64,000 nt of DNA from Podarcis melisellensis. Taxonomy: Eukaryota. Below the pieces are notes generated by a model that was not told where the DNA came from, did no database searches, and saw only the letters and a list, made by a program, of their open reading frames with translations. The position numbers and the translations under genes were made by a program. Numbering within the stretch: the first letter of the stretch is position 1; the number at the start of each line of letters is the position of its first letter. Below, one piece after another: positions 63,193 to 64,000 of this stretch. The stretch lies in assembly GCA_964234715.1 (NCBI GenBank), contig OZ174280.1. One strand, given 5' to 3'.

Positions 63193-64000
63193 AAGACTAC
63201 TACAAAGTGACAGAAGGCAAATTGCATGAGTCAGATATTATGGATGAAGCTGATATCCCCCCCCCCAATATCTCAGCATGAAAACACCAACTTAATTAGT
63301 GTGGGGCTCCAGATGTCAAGATGCCTTACTTTAAAAACTAATTGCCCAGACTACTGTGAGAAGAAGGCTAGTTACAAGGGGCCAGCCCTTGGGGGATGTG
63401 TTCAAACTATTGGCAACCAAACTGGAGAGAAAAGAAGGAGCAACAGCCAAAAAGAATGGCTGCTTATCCATCATCTTCCCTAAAATTTGTCAAGTTCCAT
63501 CAGTTATAATTCATCAAACAAATTGTGGGAATTATGGCAGCCCTGTAAATGGAGAAGAATCGTGCTGACAATTCCAAAGCTCAAAGAATATTCTGCATGA
63601 AATGTTGCCTTAGCATCTCTTTAGGCAGATATTTGCCCTGCTTCTCCTTGGATGCTGTTGTGTCTAGACTTCGGGATCTGGAAGTGCTGAAGCAGGATAT
63701 ATATAAGCCATAAAATTTGGACCATGGCCTATCTGGATCTGGTCAGAATGAAATCTCTTGTGAACATCTGCAGTTCACCCTTCATGCAAATACATTGTCA
63801 CAAGTGTTCCCCAGCCAAAGGAATCCACGTGGCATATAGTTATCTTTCATTCTCAAAAGCAGATACAGTAATTTCTATGGGTCTGAATACCCATGCAAAC
63901 CAGTCAAGTGTCCAGGCAGCTACTGACTGGTCTGCACTCCAGGGAACAGCTGCAGCAACAGGGGACCATGCTCCCCCCACCAGTTTATGTACCTTCCCCT

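Overview
This is vertebrate (squamate, very probably lacertid lizard) intergenic or intronic DNA, with a 200-N assembly gap at 352-551. I recognise no host protein-coding exon. The window is dense in transposons. LINEs: a near-intact L2 ORF2 (47.3-50.4 kb) plus L2 fragments, BovB/RTE 3' fragments, CR1 and L1 fragments. SINEs: Sauria, Squam3/MIR-like and tRNA-derived. Also present: Penelope-like elements (GIY-YIG fragment, hammerhead motif), a DIRS/Ngaro RT relic, several solo LTRs, and many Tc1/Tigger-like and hAT MITEs with clean TSDs. The most interesting observations are four. (1) Three, possibly four, dissimilar solo LTRs share a U3 reading frame with an acidic/Trp tract followed by S-P-R-S/T-R(-R), encoded with different codons; this suggests a protein segment read into the 3' LTR. 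(2) An 879-bp hAT element carries cargo: an exon-like cassette with splice sites and an internal BovB fragment. (3) Penelope termini carry minimal hammerhead ribozyme motifs. (4) There is a deep nest of insertions at 40.9-43.5 kb. All family names come from motif recognition by eye; no database search was run.
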